Part shown: positions 9,501 to 17,803 of the stretch, piece after piece
Layout of the letters: every line of letters begins with the position of its first letter
Position numbering within the stretch: position 1 is the stretch's first letter
IMG/VR virus record: IMGVR_UViG_2713897221_000004
Coordinates: 1-64,000 of that record
Reading direction: 5' to 3' (one strand)
From: a virus
Lineage: Duplodnaviria > Caudoviricetes
DNA length: 64,000 nt
The notes under the pieces: generated by a model
The model's input: only the letters and a program-made list of their open reading frames with translations
Told to the model about the DNA's origin: nothing
Databases searched by the model: none
Translations under genes and position numbers: made by a program

Positions 9501-10011
9501 TGGTGGTCTTGCCGTCCACAGCCTCCAGCAGCACCTGCTGATAGGCGCCGCCATCGGTGGCCACGTCAATGGCGTACTCGATGCGATAGCCGCCGATCCC
9601 CTTATCGTCTCGGCTCTGCAGGGCCGGCCAGGCAAATCGAACGCGCGCTGCTGACAGCTGAGTGTTGGTGATCGAGCGCACCCAGGGGGTATCGCTGCGC
9701 AGCTCGATGTTCAGCGTGGTCTCGTTTTCGACCGAGGGGATGCCCGGAATATACGACTGATCAACAGAGCCCGAGCGCCAATCCCACTTCACGTTCGGGA
9801 AGTTGATGTTTCCGCTCGCGTCCTTGATCGGCGTGTTGTCCAGGTAAATGTCGTAGTCGGTCGGTGTACCGTCGAATTCACCCTCGCCCACCGCGATCAG
9901 CATCTTGGCCAGGTTGGTCGAGCGCAGGCTGTCGTTGGCTTCGGTCGGCGACTTTGGCTTGCTGCTACCGCCTTTTTCCCCGCGGATCTCGATTTGTGCT
10001 GCTGCGCCCAT
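6556..10011 (-). CDS. J: Tail tip/host specificity protein J
   Basis: 1151 aa with NNPAW, FN3-like region and a DUF1983-like C-terminus (ITNAKIG). Confidence 0.93.
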   Translation of the reverse strand: MGAAAQIEIRGEKGGSSKPKSPTEANDSLRSTNLAKMLIAVGEGEFDGTPTDYDIYLDNTPIKDASGNINFPNVKWDWRSGSVDQSYIPGIPSVENETTLNIELRSDTPWVRSITNTQLSAARVRFAWPALQSRDDKGIGGYRIEYAIDVATDGGAYQQVLLEAVDGKTTTRYERSRRVDLPPATSGWLIRVRRLTANQNNNQVADTMLIAGLTEVIDAKLRYPNTALLYIEFDAEQFTNIPAVTVKCKARKWQVPSNYDPVARTYTGTWDGTMKQAWTNNPAWITYGVCAEDRFGLGKRIKPWMVDKWELYRISQYCDQNVPNGLGGQEPRFLCDMNLQGKADAWSLLRDIAGIYRGMTYWAQGQLVMQADMPRAQDYDYVFTRANVIDGKFSYGSASAKTRYTRALVSYDNPANNYDTDVIPFADLELQRRFGDKPTELTAIGCTRASEAQRRGKWVILSNNQDRTISFKTGMEGVIPLPGHIIPVADSLLAGRAVGGRISASAGRVVTLDRDTQAKAGDRLIINLPGGRAEGRTVQSVTGRAVTVTTAYSEQPLPQLQWALDADDLAIPLYRVLSTKRTTEGDFEISALQYEPGKFAFIDTGARLEERPISVIPITVVPPPASVTLTSNYAVDQGIAVSTMNISWPAVNGAVAYDVEWRKDNGNWIKVQRTGATSVDVTGIYAGAYLARVRAVSAFDISSIWKASNLTQLNGKEGLPPSVSFLTTTSELFGIGIKWGFPAGAEDTQRTEVWYGPANDLGTATKLADLAYPQADYRMQSLLAGATFFFWARLVDRTGNVGPFYPVVNGVMGQASSEAGPILDMLAGKISRTELGQDLISEIDGLQDQIDALDNILLYDAEKTYIKDDIVQQGQRLYQALQAVPLNTPPPNPTYWLDVGQSIETANGLAQQVATNTADITELDGVVTAQANSTNTLRASWREDDGAGALADAMKGWNNTAAIVTEEKVRASEIEAEATRTTQLQATVGENTSAIQETSSALANTNGQLSTIWSVKMETTAGGQKYAASFGLGLQVDPSGVSSQFVVRADTFMLLNLANGTPVSPFAVTGGQTFINSAFIQDGTITNAKIGNYIQSNNYVAGSTGWRLWFDGTFEINSALGAGARQVINNNGGKVFDENGMKRYQWGNLAA

Positions 10012-10067
10012 GCTTTCCTCCAGGCATAAAAAAACCGCCTCATGGGCGGTATGGGTATCTGTACAGC

Positions 10068-10120
10068 GTGGATGAAATTCCAGTAACGCCAGAGTGCGCC
10101 TGGGTAGTAGCGTTCAGCCT
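10068..10120 (+). promoter_or_regulatory. Conserved moron leader/promoter, copy 1
   Basis: GTGGATG-N5-CCAGTAAC-N16-GTAGTAGCGTT-N-AGCCT, repeated at 15875-15927. Confidence 0.55.
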
Positions 10121-10141
10121 TCACGCAACCAAGGAGCGGTC

Positions 10142-10372
10142 ATGTCAATTCGAAGCCTGGCTAAAAACCTTCCCAAGGACCCTGACGTGCAGGGTAATGT
10201 CCTGGGGTGGGCAGTAGTGCGCAATTCCCCGTGGAGCTTCATCGATATTTATGCAAGCAAAGAGGTCGCCGAGGCCGAGTCAAAAAGACTTGGCGATGGG
10301 CACTCAGTCCAATATGGCTCGCACGAACTCGGAACCGACAACTTCATCGGCGGCTCTACGCCTCAAGCGTGA
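10142..10372 (+). CDS. Hypothetical protein (moron, opposite to tail genes)
   Basis: AAGGAG RBS then MSIRSLAKN. Confidence 0.7.
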   Translation: MSIRSLAKNLPKDPDVQGNVLGWAVVRNSPWSFIDIYASKEVAEAESKRLGDGHSVQYGSHELGTDNFIGGSTPQA

Positions 10373-10619
10373 CGCCGAGGTCTTCCGCCGCAAACTGGAT
10401 TCGCCCGGGGCCAAACACAAGCTCTGCCGTTAGCCCCGGCTTTCCTGAATAGGTCCGGCGGTAGCCATCCTCGCCTTGGTACTTGCCGGTGAATTTCATT
10501 CGGTCGACCTCCACACCACCATCCAAAATGGCAACTTCGGCCTCTGCACCGCAGAGCGTGCCCTCTCGAATAGTGAATAGGTCCCAGTAAGTCAGGATGT
10601 AGCGTTGGCTGTTTCGCAT
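10356..10619 (-). CDS. Hypothetical protein
   Basis: 87-aa ORF with GGAGG RBS. Confidence 0.6.
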   Translation of the reverse strand: MRNSQRYILTYWDLFTIREGTLCGAEAEVAILDGGVEVDRMKFTGKYQGEDGYRRTYSGKPGLTAELVFGPGRIQFAAEDLGVTLEA

Positions 10620-10654
10620 ATAGGCCTCCAGGCACTGACGTACTCTGTGCGCTG

Positions 10655-11275
10655 TTACGTTTTATCTTCGGCGTAGATCGATGCAGAAATGATCATCCCG
10701 CCCCACCGGCGCTCACCGATGCAGATCGGGACAGGGTTGCCACTGGCGGTGGTGTTCTTGGCACTGCCGAAGGCGTATGAAGGCAGGTTTTCGGGGGATG
10801 CGCTTTGTGACAAGCCACCCTGCTGGGGGCTGAGCATTTGGATTACACCTCCGGCTACCGTTCCGATACCTCCGGCGATCAACGCCCCGCCAATAGGGGA
10901 TGCTGCGCCAAATGACATCCCGCTGATCACCACGCCAGCGACAATCATTACGGCGCCAATAACGGTTTGCAGAAGTCCAGCGCGCTTGCTGCCTGCAATA
11001 ACTGGAACAATCTTCAGCTCCCTGGTGCCACTAAGGCTGAACTCTTTTTCCCCCACGTTTTTGCCATTGCGGAAGATGGCGAATCGCATTCCTAGATTCG
11101 AAAGCCTAACCACCTCCTCCTTGAAGCCTGAAACAGTGACCTCCAAGGCTTTGAACACTTCGACGGCAGTACCATTGTCCAAGGCGCGGTAATGGACCTT
11201 TTCGAGACCGCGCCACATGCGCCCAAGTAGTTTGATTTCTGTCCGAGGCGCGTAGTGCGCTGCAGTAATTGACAT
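10655..11275 (-). CDS. I: Tail assembly protein I
   Basis: IVPVIAGSKRAGLLQ, SYAFG and GNPVPICIGERRWGG motifs. Confidence 0.92.
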   Translation of the reverse strand: MSITAAHYAPRTEIKLLGRMWRGLEKVHYRALDNGTAVEVFKALEVTVSGFKEEVVRLSNLGMRFAIFRNGKNVGEKEFSLSGTRELKIVPVIAGSKRAGLLQTVIGAVMIVAGVVISGMSFGAASPIGGALIAGGIGTVAGGVIQMLSPQQGGLSQSASPENLPSYAFGSAKNTTASGNPVPICIGERRWGGMIISASIYAEDKT

Positions 11276-11325
11276 TTCATACCCCCATAAAAAAACCGCC
11301 CGAAGGCGGCTTGATCTTCATGAAC

Positions 11326-11667
11326 TCAAATGCACTTTTTTGCGGCATCCTTCCAGCCGCTTGTCCCCACCCAATCCATCGGAAGAAAAACCCGAACAGA
11401 AGATCCAGAGTTCGCCTGATCTATAATCGCCAAAGCTACTACGCCTGAGAACGTTGTCGATGCGGCGATCTTATAGCCAGACTCAGTCTCGATCGCGCTG
11501 GTAGAAGGGTTGTACTCCTGCCACTTGGGCGCAAGACAGCGAGCGTATTGCTGTGGCGATTTATTTGTCTGGCTCGAAAAAGCCGGGCTGTCCTTCTCGA
11601 GACCCGATGTAGAACAACCCACAAGCAGCGCCATAGATATGACGCTCAGAACTCCAAAAAAACGCAT
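11326..11667 (-). CDS. Lipoprotein (possible superinfection exclusion)
   Basis: Lipobox LVGC and two further Cys; located between K and I. Confidence 0.75.
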   Translation of the reverse strand: MRFFGVLSVISMALLVGCSTSGLEKDSPAFSSQTNKSPQQYARCLAPKWQEYNPSTSAIETESGYKIAASTTFSGVVALAIIDQANSGSSVRVFLPMDWVGTSGWKDAAKKCI

Positions 11668-11731
11668 GGCAACCGTCTTCCATTCACGATGAGATGGAAG
11701 AAAGCTACCACGCTATAAAGACTCAATAAAA

Positions 11732-12193
11732 TTAGTGACGTCTTTCGCCCAGAACCTCGCCAGTCGCGGCCATTTTAAAAACTCCCGACCAATGATTTAC
11801 CAGTTCATCATCAGGTGGCAGGCAGCACCAGCCAAGCAGCTGCCGAACCATCGGGTGGTGACCGCCTGCCGTCGCTATAAGCACTTCTGGCTCAATATCG
11901 TACTCATTGCAGAATCTGGACCATGCCTCCTTCGCTGCTGCCATCTGCGCCATCAGGGGTGGCTGGTTATCAGATACCTGAATCGAAAGCGCAATGCCGC
12001 GCATCTCTAGCTCAAACAGCGCCGCGACTCGAGGTAGCATCCTGAAGGTATTCAGGTATTCCAGGCTGTGAACTTCAACCGTCTCCATTGGGCTGCTATC
12101 CAACAACCTCTTTACCTCTCTGAAGTCCTGCCGAGCCATAGCCTCTACCGTCAGCCTTACACGCTCATGAGTTTCAATTTTGCCGTAGTCCAT
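11732..12193 (-). CDS. Hypothetical protein
   Basis: 153-aa ORF with AAGGG RBS. Confidence 0.6.
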   Translation of the reverse strand: MDYGKIETHERVRLTVEAMARQDFREVKRLLDSSPMETVEVHSLEYLNTFRMLPRVAALFELEMRGIALSIQVSDNQPPLMAQMAAAKEAWSRFCNEYDIEPEVLIATAGGHHPMVRQLLGWCCLPPDDELVNHWSGVFKMAATGEVLGERRH

Positions 12194-12264
12194 TTTGAAT
12201 CCCTTAGATAGTCTTGGTACGCCGAAAACCCCGCATAGACGGGGTAATGGCTTGAGTGGACGAC

Positions 12265-13071
12265 TTAGCGTGAAACGCCGCCGGCGATCACAGCAGGAAG
12301 ACCTGAGCGAAGCTGATCAGCCAGCCTGGCCAACATCTCCTGAACCGACTCTTTCCAGAGGATCTGCTGAACCGGCTTGCCATCGCTGTGCTTCTTGCCC
12401 GTGTCGGTGATGACCGCGAACAGCTTGCCGTCAGGCGTCACTTCCCAGCGCTTCTTGCCTGGCTTATAGAGGACCTGGTGCTGGAGCCCGCAGTCGGCAA
12501 GCAACTTGTTCATGCTCACTGCGCTCATTCCGAACTTCGCGCCAAGCTCCGTCGGCGTGTAGTTCAACTCCTGTGATTCATTGACCAATCGCTTGACCCC
12601 AGCCATTTCCATCACGTCGACGCCGATTGCCGACCGGACCATGCTGTTGGCACTCAGGATGGCCTGGTTTCCTTCAAGGCCCAGGCTCTCGGCAATGCGC
12701 TTGGCTGCGTCGAAGTTGTCCGCAGCTACAGGGAGACGGCGCTCCAGAGGAATGACATCATCATTCGCTGCGGCAGAGTCGAAGGTGCGGATAACGTGGA
12801 GACTGAACGTCGGGCTGACCCACATGGCGTAGGCATACACCAACTCCTTACATGCATAAGTGCCTGGCGCCCGCCCGCCACGGGCAGTTCTCAAACCGGG
12901 AATTCCCGCTTTGCCAATTTCTTCTGCCAACTCCTTCGCTTGACCAATCCGCATCCACTCGTTTGGCGCATGCCGTTTTTCACCGCCAGCGGCGCGGTGA
13001 AAGTCATTCAAGCTGAACCGGCCGTTTTGGTCCTTGTGAATCTCGATACCTGCGATCATCAGCGCGCTCAT
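12265..13071 (-). CDS. KilA-N domain protein (antirepressor-like)
   Basis: GRFSLNDFHRAAGG and GTYACKELVYAYAMWVSPTF motifs. Confidence 0.88.
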   Translation of the reverse strand: MSALMIAGIEIHKDQNGRFSLNDFHRAAGGEKRHAPNEWMRIGQAKELAEEIGKAGIPGLRTARGGRAPGTYACKELVYAYAMWVSPTFSLHVIRTFDSAAANDDVIPLERRLPVAADNFDAAKRIAESLGLEGNQAILSANSMVRSAIGVDVMEMAGVKRLVNESQELNYTPTELGAKFGMSAVSMNKLLADCGLQHQVLYKPGKKRWEVTPDGKLFAVITDTGKKHSDGKPVQQILWKESVQEMLARLADQLRSGLPAVIAGGVSR

Positions 13072-13928
13072 GCTGCCGCCCTCCGCGCCTGATTCAGCGA
13101 GCGGAGCCGAAGATTCTCGGTGACTGCTGCGAGAAACTCGAACATCTCAGGCGTGGAGACTGCGATGTCGCCGGTGATCATGCCGCTAATCATTTCACGG
13201 TGAGTCATTACGCAGGCGTCCCGAGCGATGGGCTGCACTTGCTGATGGCCTGCGTTGTCTGTGAAAACAAGGAAGCGCTGTGTCGGAGAAAGCTGACCAG
13301 GCAAGCCGTTGCCCTGGCTGCTGTCTTTTGGGAGAAACTCGCCCTCAAGCGCGTAGGCCGCCAGATACTCGCAAGCTACATCTAGTTTGCCCGCCGGGAT
13401 CAGCTCGGTGCGCGGAACGTTGAACCGTGTATGCAGGATCGCGTGAAGCTTGTGTTTCGCCTGCCGCTGAATCCCAGCAGGAAGCTTTGCAACCTTTTGA
13501 CCGATGACCCCGTTAATCAGGTTGGTGCCGCTGACGCCGATCACATCATCAACCAGGGTGACCATTTTGTTACTGCTGTCGGTGTAACTGCCGGTTTTAC
13601 GAATGGCGGGCAGCACCTCGGTGGTGACCCACTTACGAAAGGCATGAGCATCACTGCCCTTTTTGATGGCCTCGTCACAACGAAGGATAAGGGTGTACAA
13701 ACCTGGCTCGCTGACGATGTTCACCGCACCTTGACGCCCTAACTTAAAGTTAGACCGTTCGTCCTCATCCAGCGATTGAAGGGCCTTGGTGGTGTTGCTC
13801 TGTTTCAAGACCTTGCATACATCGGCTGCGACGAACCATGGCTCGTCGCCCAGTATGATGGCGCGAACGCCTTTCCCGCGAAACTCGAACGGGATGACAT
13901 TGGATGCGGCTGTGCTATTATTCGGCAT
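13068..13928 (-). CDS. Bro-N domain antirepressor
   Basis: EPWFVAADVC, VSEPGLYTLI and FRKWVTTEVLPAIRKTGSY motifs. Confidence 0.9.
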   Translation of the reverse strand: MPNNSTAASNVIPFEFRGKGVRAIILGDEPWFVAADVCKVLKQSNTTKALQSLDEDERSNFKLGRQGAVNIVSEPGLYTLILRCDEAIKKGSDAHAFRKWVTTEVLPAIRKTGSYTDSSNKMVTLVDDVIGVSGTNLINGVIGQKVAKLPAGIQRQAKHKLHAILHTRFNVPRTELIPAGKLDVACEYLAAYALEGEFLPKDSSQGNGLPGQLSPTQRFLVFTDNAGHQQVQPIARDACVMTHREMISGMITGDIAVSTPEMFEFLAAVTENLRLRSLNQARRAAA

Positions 13929-14002
13929 GACGTTTTCTTCCTGATAGTTGAACTCGTTACCCGAAGCCCTGACGACTCTCACCTCGTTGGGGCTTCTTCG
14001 TT

Positions 14003-14158
14003 TCAGGCCATTGCCTGCTCTCGCCGTTTTTTCTCCTCCATCAAAGCAAAAACGACTTCCGCCGTTTGAGAGCGGAAGTTTTTCTGCGCCTCGTTTTCCA
14101 CCCATTGCTTGAGCTCCTCTGGAAGTCTCAGGTTGAACTGCGGGTCTTTTCTTGCCAT
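14003..14158 (-). CDS. Arc-family ribbon-helix-helix repressor (51 aa)
   Basis: Hand-translated MARKDPQFNLRLPEELKQWVENEAQKNFRSQTAEVV...; GAGGAG RBS. Confidence 0.85.
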   Translation of the reverse strand: MARKDPQFNLRLPEELKQWVENEAQKNFRSQTAEVVFALMEEKKRREQAMA

Positions 14159-14172
14159 TTGCGTAGCTCCTC

Positions 14173-14242
14173 ATGCATCACCGTTGTGCACAACCACAAT
14201 ATAGAACCGTGATGCATTGCCGTCAATACCACGGTGATGCAT
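14173..14242. promoter_or_regulatory. Pant-like promoter with operator repeats
   Basis: Minus-strand TTGACG-N17-TATATT (14226-14198). ACGGTGATGCAT at 14231-14242, its inverse at 14173-14184 and a 1-mismatch copy at 14206-14217. Confidence 0.7.
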
Positions 14243-14285
14243 CCTTCATACAACAATTCACAACACTATCTGACGCTGAGTAGCC

Positions 14286-14651
14286 ATGGCCCGCACCGAC
14301 CCACAGTTCAATTTGCGCATCCCGGAAACCCTTAGGGACAAGGTCATGGCTGCCGCCAAGGAGAGCAAGCGCTCAGCTACGGCCGAGATATTGGCGCGCT
14401 TGGAGGAAAGCTTCTCGGAACATGACGGCTTCGACGGAGCCCGGGCTGCTGGGGTAAAGAAAGACCTTCTCATCAAAGGAATCGACGATTCAGACGACAC
14501 TCGGCCAATCACCAGAGGCGAGCTGTGGGATGTGCTCGGCCGAGCTATCGAACAGGTATTGGATGGGAGGACAGTTGGTCAACCTCCGGATAACGCCAAG
14601 CCACAACCAAATACCGGCCCCAAACCACGCAAGCGGTACCCAAAAGAATGA
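14286..14651 (+). CDS. Arc/Mnt-family repressor
   Basis: MARTDPQFNLRIP...RSATAEILARLEESF; divergent from the arc-like gene. Confidence 0.88.
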   Translation: MARTDPQFNLRIPETLRDKVMAAAKESKRSATAEILARLEESFSEHDGFDGARAAGVKKDLLIKGIDDSDDTRPITRGELWDVLGRAIEQVLDGRTVGQPPDNAKPQPNTGPKPRKRYPKE

Positions 14652-14656
14652 CCAAA

Positions 14657-14679
14657 GCCCGGCCAAACGCCGGGTTTTT
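14657..14679 (+). terminator. Rho-independent terminator
   Basis: GCCCGGC-CAAAC-GCCGGGT followed by a T run. Confidence 0.6.
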
Positions 14680-14708
14680 CATGTTCAGCCCGCGCTAAAG
14701 GAGCAGCG

Positions 14709-15434
14709 ATGATCGTCTACAAATACATGAGCCTGGAGGGTCTGGACGCATGCTTATCCAAACGAACCATCCGGTTTACGAAGCCGACCAACTTCAACGA
14801 CCCATTTGATTGCGCAGCCTCAGTGGGTGACACCACGCAAGGCTTGAACATCCGCGCGGTTGGCTCGACCAACTCCGACAGATTGTTCTGCATCCGAAAC
14901 GCGATCGGCGTCCTGTCACTGACTCGCAACCCTCTGAACCCACTGATGTGGGCTCACTACGGGCAGAATCACACAGGCGGCGTGGTTGCGATCGATGCCG
15001 AGGCAGCTGGCTTAGAGTGCGTGAATTCGAACATCATCACGGCCAGCGCAGGAAACATCATTTACACCACGGTCAGGCCCAGCGTGGATGGCGATGAGCT
15101 TCCTTACCACGATGAAATATCCGCTCAGCATGACAGGCTCATGCTAGAACGGCTGTTTCTGTACAAGTCACTTCACTGGTCGTACGAGGAAGAGATCCGT
15201 GTAGCGCGCCAAGTGGAGTACGCGCCGCAGATCAAACATCAGGATTTTAATATTCCAGCATCAGCCATCGTCGAGGTGTACCTGGGCGCCAAATACTTCT
15301 CGGCCCTCATCGATGATTACGAAGGAAAACTGCCGAAGGTGCACCTGAAGCATCCTGAGTTCTCATACCAGCTTTGCTACGAAGATACTCGGACCTGGGA
15401 CCTTCATTCTGATCCTTACAGGCCTAGCCCATAG
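14709..15434 (+). CDS. DUF2971-like protein (moron)
   Basis: YKY, FNDPFD, LMWAHY and K...WSYEEEIR motifs. Confidence 0.8.
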   Translation: MIVYKYMSLEGLDACLSKRTIRFTKPTNFNDPFDCAASVGDTTQGLNIRAVGSTNSDRLFCIRNAIGVLSLTRNPLNPLMWAHYGQNHTGGVVAIDAEAAGLECVNSNIITASAGNIIYTTVRPSVDGDELPYHDEISAQHDRLMLERLFLYKSLHWSYEEEIRVARQVEYAPQIKHQDFNIPASAIVEVYLGAKYFSALIDDYEGKLPKVHLKHPEFSYQLCYEDTRTWDLHSDPYRPSP

Positions 15435-15502
15435 CCAGATAGAAGCCGGCGCCAGATGTAAAAAACCCAGCACGGGACTGGGCTGTCCCCTCCGCGCACG
15501 GG

Positions 15503-15799
15503 TCACTTGTGAAAGATTGCCCAAAGCACTCCGGCGATAATCAAGAGAGTGAGCAAGTAGGAGCCGAAACCTGGGCTCGCTGTCGGCGCGCTGTGGCTGG
15601 TATTGGGCGCCTTGCTACTGCCATAAAGCTTCGACGTAGAAATTCCGGTTCCTGGAATACTGCTCGTGACCTTCGTGCCTCGCTTGCTCAGGTTCACTGT
15701 CGTGCCTTTTCCCCCGATAGACGTACTAAGACCGCTTTTGCTGACATTGAGGCGTATGCCTGGGGCGACTTTGAAGCTCTTCCGGATGCGAAATGCCAT
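15503..15799 (-). CDS. DUF4236-like membrane protein
   Basis: FRIRKSFKVAPGIRLNVSKSG...IPGTGIS and a C-terminal TM helix. Confidence 0.85.
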   Translation of the reverse strand: MAFRIRKSFKVAPGIRLNVSKSGLSTSIGGKGTTVNLSKRGTKVTSSIPGTGISTSKLYGSSKAPNTSHSAPTASPGFGSYLLTLLIIAGVLWAIFHK

Positions 15800-15874
15800 G
15801 GCTCTAATCCCTGAGAGTACAAAACGCCATCATAGCCCTATTCGTCTCGGCGCCAAGCTGTCCGGGCATCCAGT

Positions 15875-15927
15875 GTGGATGGAAAGCCAGTAACTGGACC
15901 GAGCTGCACCGTAGTAGCGTTGAGCCT
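15875..15927 (+). promoter_or_regulatory. Conserved moron leader/promoter, copy 2
   Basis: Same blocks and spacing as 10068-10120. Confidence 0.55.
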
Positions 15928-15948
15928 CCAGCGAAGCCATGCGAGGGA

Positions 15949-16215
15949 ATGAAGATGGCCGAAATAATCGCGCACAGCATTCAATACCTCAAAAAAATAG
16001 ATACGCCTATCTTAGAGTCAGCGGATGAATGGAAATATCTCTTCGGCGTCGGGTCGCCAGTCCCAGCCTCGGGGATTTATCGTTGCACGGGGTGCGGCCA
16101 CGAAATCACCTCCAACAAGGGCGAAAAATTCCCCCCTCAGAATCGACACCAACACGCTAATCCAAACGTCGAGGTGCTTTGGCAGTTGATCGTCAAGACT
16201 CAAACAAAAGGTTAA
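15949..16215 (+). CDS. Small zinc-ribbon protein (YjzC-like)
   Basis: G-x-x-V-P-x-S-G-I-Y-R-C-x-x-C and FPP...W motifs. Confidence 0.7.
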   Translation: MKMAEIIAHSIQYLKKIDTPILESADEWKYLFGVGSPVPASGIYRCTGCGHEITSNKGEKFPPQNRHQHANPNVEVLWQLIVKTQTKG

Positions 16216-16298
16216 TGGATTTCCCAGTCCTTTGCCTGCAAGCCCAAGGACTGGGATTGCGCCAATTTCGGCGCGGATTGAAGACCTAGGAGGTCGAT

Positions 16299-16886
16299 TT
16301 GAGCAATGACGACTTTAAGCCAAGAGAGCCCTTTTCTATTGATTGGCTGCGACCATACAACCTTGGTCCCTCCGATGAGCACTTGCACGCAATGGGGCAA
16401 TTCATCGTTAATTACTCCGCCGTCGAATGGCAGATTTCTGAGCTCTTTGCCTTCTTTCTGAAAATGCCAGTCTCGGAGTCCCAAAAGCTATCAGTCGAAG
16501 CCAACATCTCAATGGCAGGGATGATCAGGTACGTTCAAGGACGAATTGCTGACTCAAAAATCAGCGACCAACAAGCAGCGGATGATCTACTACTCACACT
16601 CAAAACCTTTGATGCCGTGAGCGCCCTTAGACACAAAATTGTTCACTGGCAATGGGGGTTAAATGAAGGACCAACAGCCACATTGACAGACCTGATCAAG
16701 CCAAAGAACTCAAAAAAGTCCAATGCAACACTCAAAATCGACGAGCTGAGAGATCAATGTCTTAAGCTCATGAGAATTCTGCAAGCGATTTCAATGAACG
16801 GACAGATCATTAGGGGAATCAGGACGCGCGCTCAGATTCTAGAAATCCACAAAGATACATCTCCTGAAAAGCTCTTTCGACCGTAG
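16299..16886 (+). CDS. Hypothetical protein with HEPN-like R-x4-H motif
   Basis: MGQFIVNYSAVE...LRHKIVH; mostly helical, low GC. Confidence 0.6.
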   Translation: MSNDDFKPREPFSIDWLRPYNLGPSDEHLHAMGQFIVNYSAVEWQISELFAFFLKMPVSESQKLSVEANISMAGMIRYVQGRIADSKISDQQAADDLLLTLKTFDAVSALRHKIVHWQWGLNEGPTATLTDLIKPKNSKKSNATLKIDELRDQCLKLMRILQAISMNGQIIRGIRTRAQILEIHKDTSPEKLFRP

Positions 16887-17040
16887 ATCTTGATAACGGC
16901 CATTCTCCAGTCTCTTCCAGAACAGCCAAACCTGTTTCAACCATCGCTCTAGAGACTGGAATGTCTTCAGCGCTAATCGTTTTCTGATAAGCGCTCAACG
17001 AATTGACATCCATAACCCCTCCGCGGCCCTGCCGCATCAT
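16819..17040 (-). CDS. Hypothetical protein
   Basis: Overlaps the K stop; its 3' end overlaps the convergent gene. Confidence 0.4.
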   Translation of the reverse strand: MMRQGRGGVMDVNSLSAYQKTISAEDIPVSRAMVETGLAVLEETGEWPLSRSTVERAFQEMYLCGFLESERAS

Positions 17041-17801
17041 GTGGTTGGTTGTGCATCTTTGTGCCTGAGGATCAGGCGCGTTCGATCGAGCCAGGGCCCA
17101 CCGAAAACGATGATTTCGCTCGGTCGGCCATACAGGTGGTGCAGCAGGAAAGGGCCTGGGCCGAACACCTCCGCAGCCTCCCCAGGCAGCCCCGGCTCGG
17201 CGCCGAGGTAGATCCCGGCATGGTTGGGGTGTGCGGTGCGCCCCACGGCCATGACGATCATGTCGCCGCGCTGTGGCTGGTCGACCCGCACGAATCCCGC
17301 CGCTTCATAGGCCTGCTCGTAGAGGCTCGGCCCGGCCGGGTCTTCCCACCAGCCATCAGCGCGCTGGAAGGCTTCGAACTCCAGCCCCCACTCCCGCTTG
17401 TACCAGTCCGCACAGACCTGCCAACAGTCCCAAGCGCCGTGGACGAAGGGGCGCTTGAGCAGCGGCGTGTTGCCCGCCGGCGTGATGGTGCGTAGATCCC
17501 CTTCCGGCCAGGATAAAATGTGCCAGGGCAGCGCGGTGGCCTCGCACATGGCCAGGTCACGCGGTGAGGGCCGGCTGGTGGCATCAGGGTGTGAATGAAC
17601 CACCCCGATCACCTCACCGACGTCTTCCGCAGCGGCGTACTCCTCGGGGTCGATCCGGAACTCCTCGTTCGGCTCCGAGGCGATGTTGCGGCACGGGAAG
17701 TACTGCTGTTTACGCCCGATGGCCAGCAGCAGACCGCAGCACTCTTTCGGGTACTCGGCCGCCGCGTGCGCCTGGATCGCGCTCAAGATGTGTTTGCGCA
17801 T
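17037..17801 (-). CDS. K: Tail assembly protein K (JAB + NlpC/P60)
   Basis: ECCG, HSHPD, DCW and HAGIY motifs. Confidence 0.93.
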   Translation of the reverse strand: MRKHILSAIQAHAAAEYPKECCGLLLAIGRKQQYFPCRNIASEPNEEFRIDPEEYAAAEDVGEVIGVVHSHPDATSRPSPRDLAMCEATALPWHILSWPEGDLRTITPAGNTPLLKRPFVHGAWDCWQVCADWYKREWGLEFEAFQRADGWWEDPAGPSLYEQAYEAAGFVRVDQPQRGDMIVMAVGRTAHPNHAGIYLGAEPGLPGEAAEVFGPGPFLLHHLYGRPSEIIVFGGPWLDRTRLILRHKDAQPTT

Positions 17802-17803
17802 GC

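Noticed and set aside
4736-10011. Tail fibre or gpJ as DGR targets
   Set aside because: I found no TR-like sequence in them by eye; a BLASTN would be needed to exclude a weak match.
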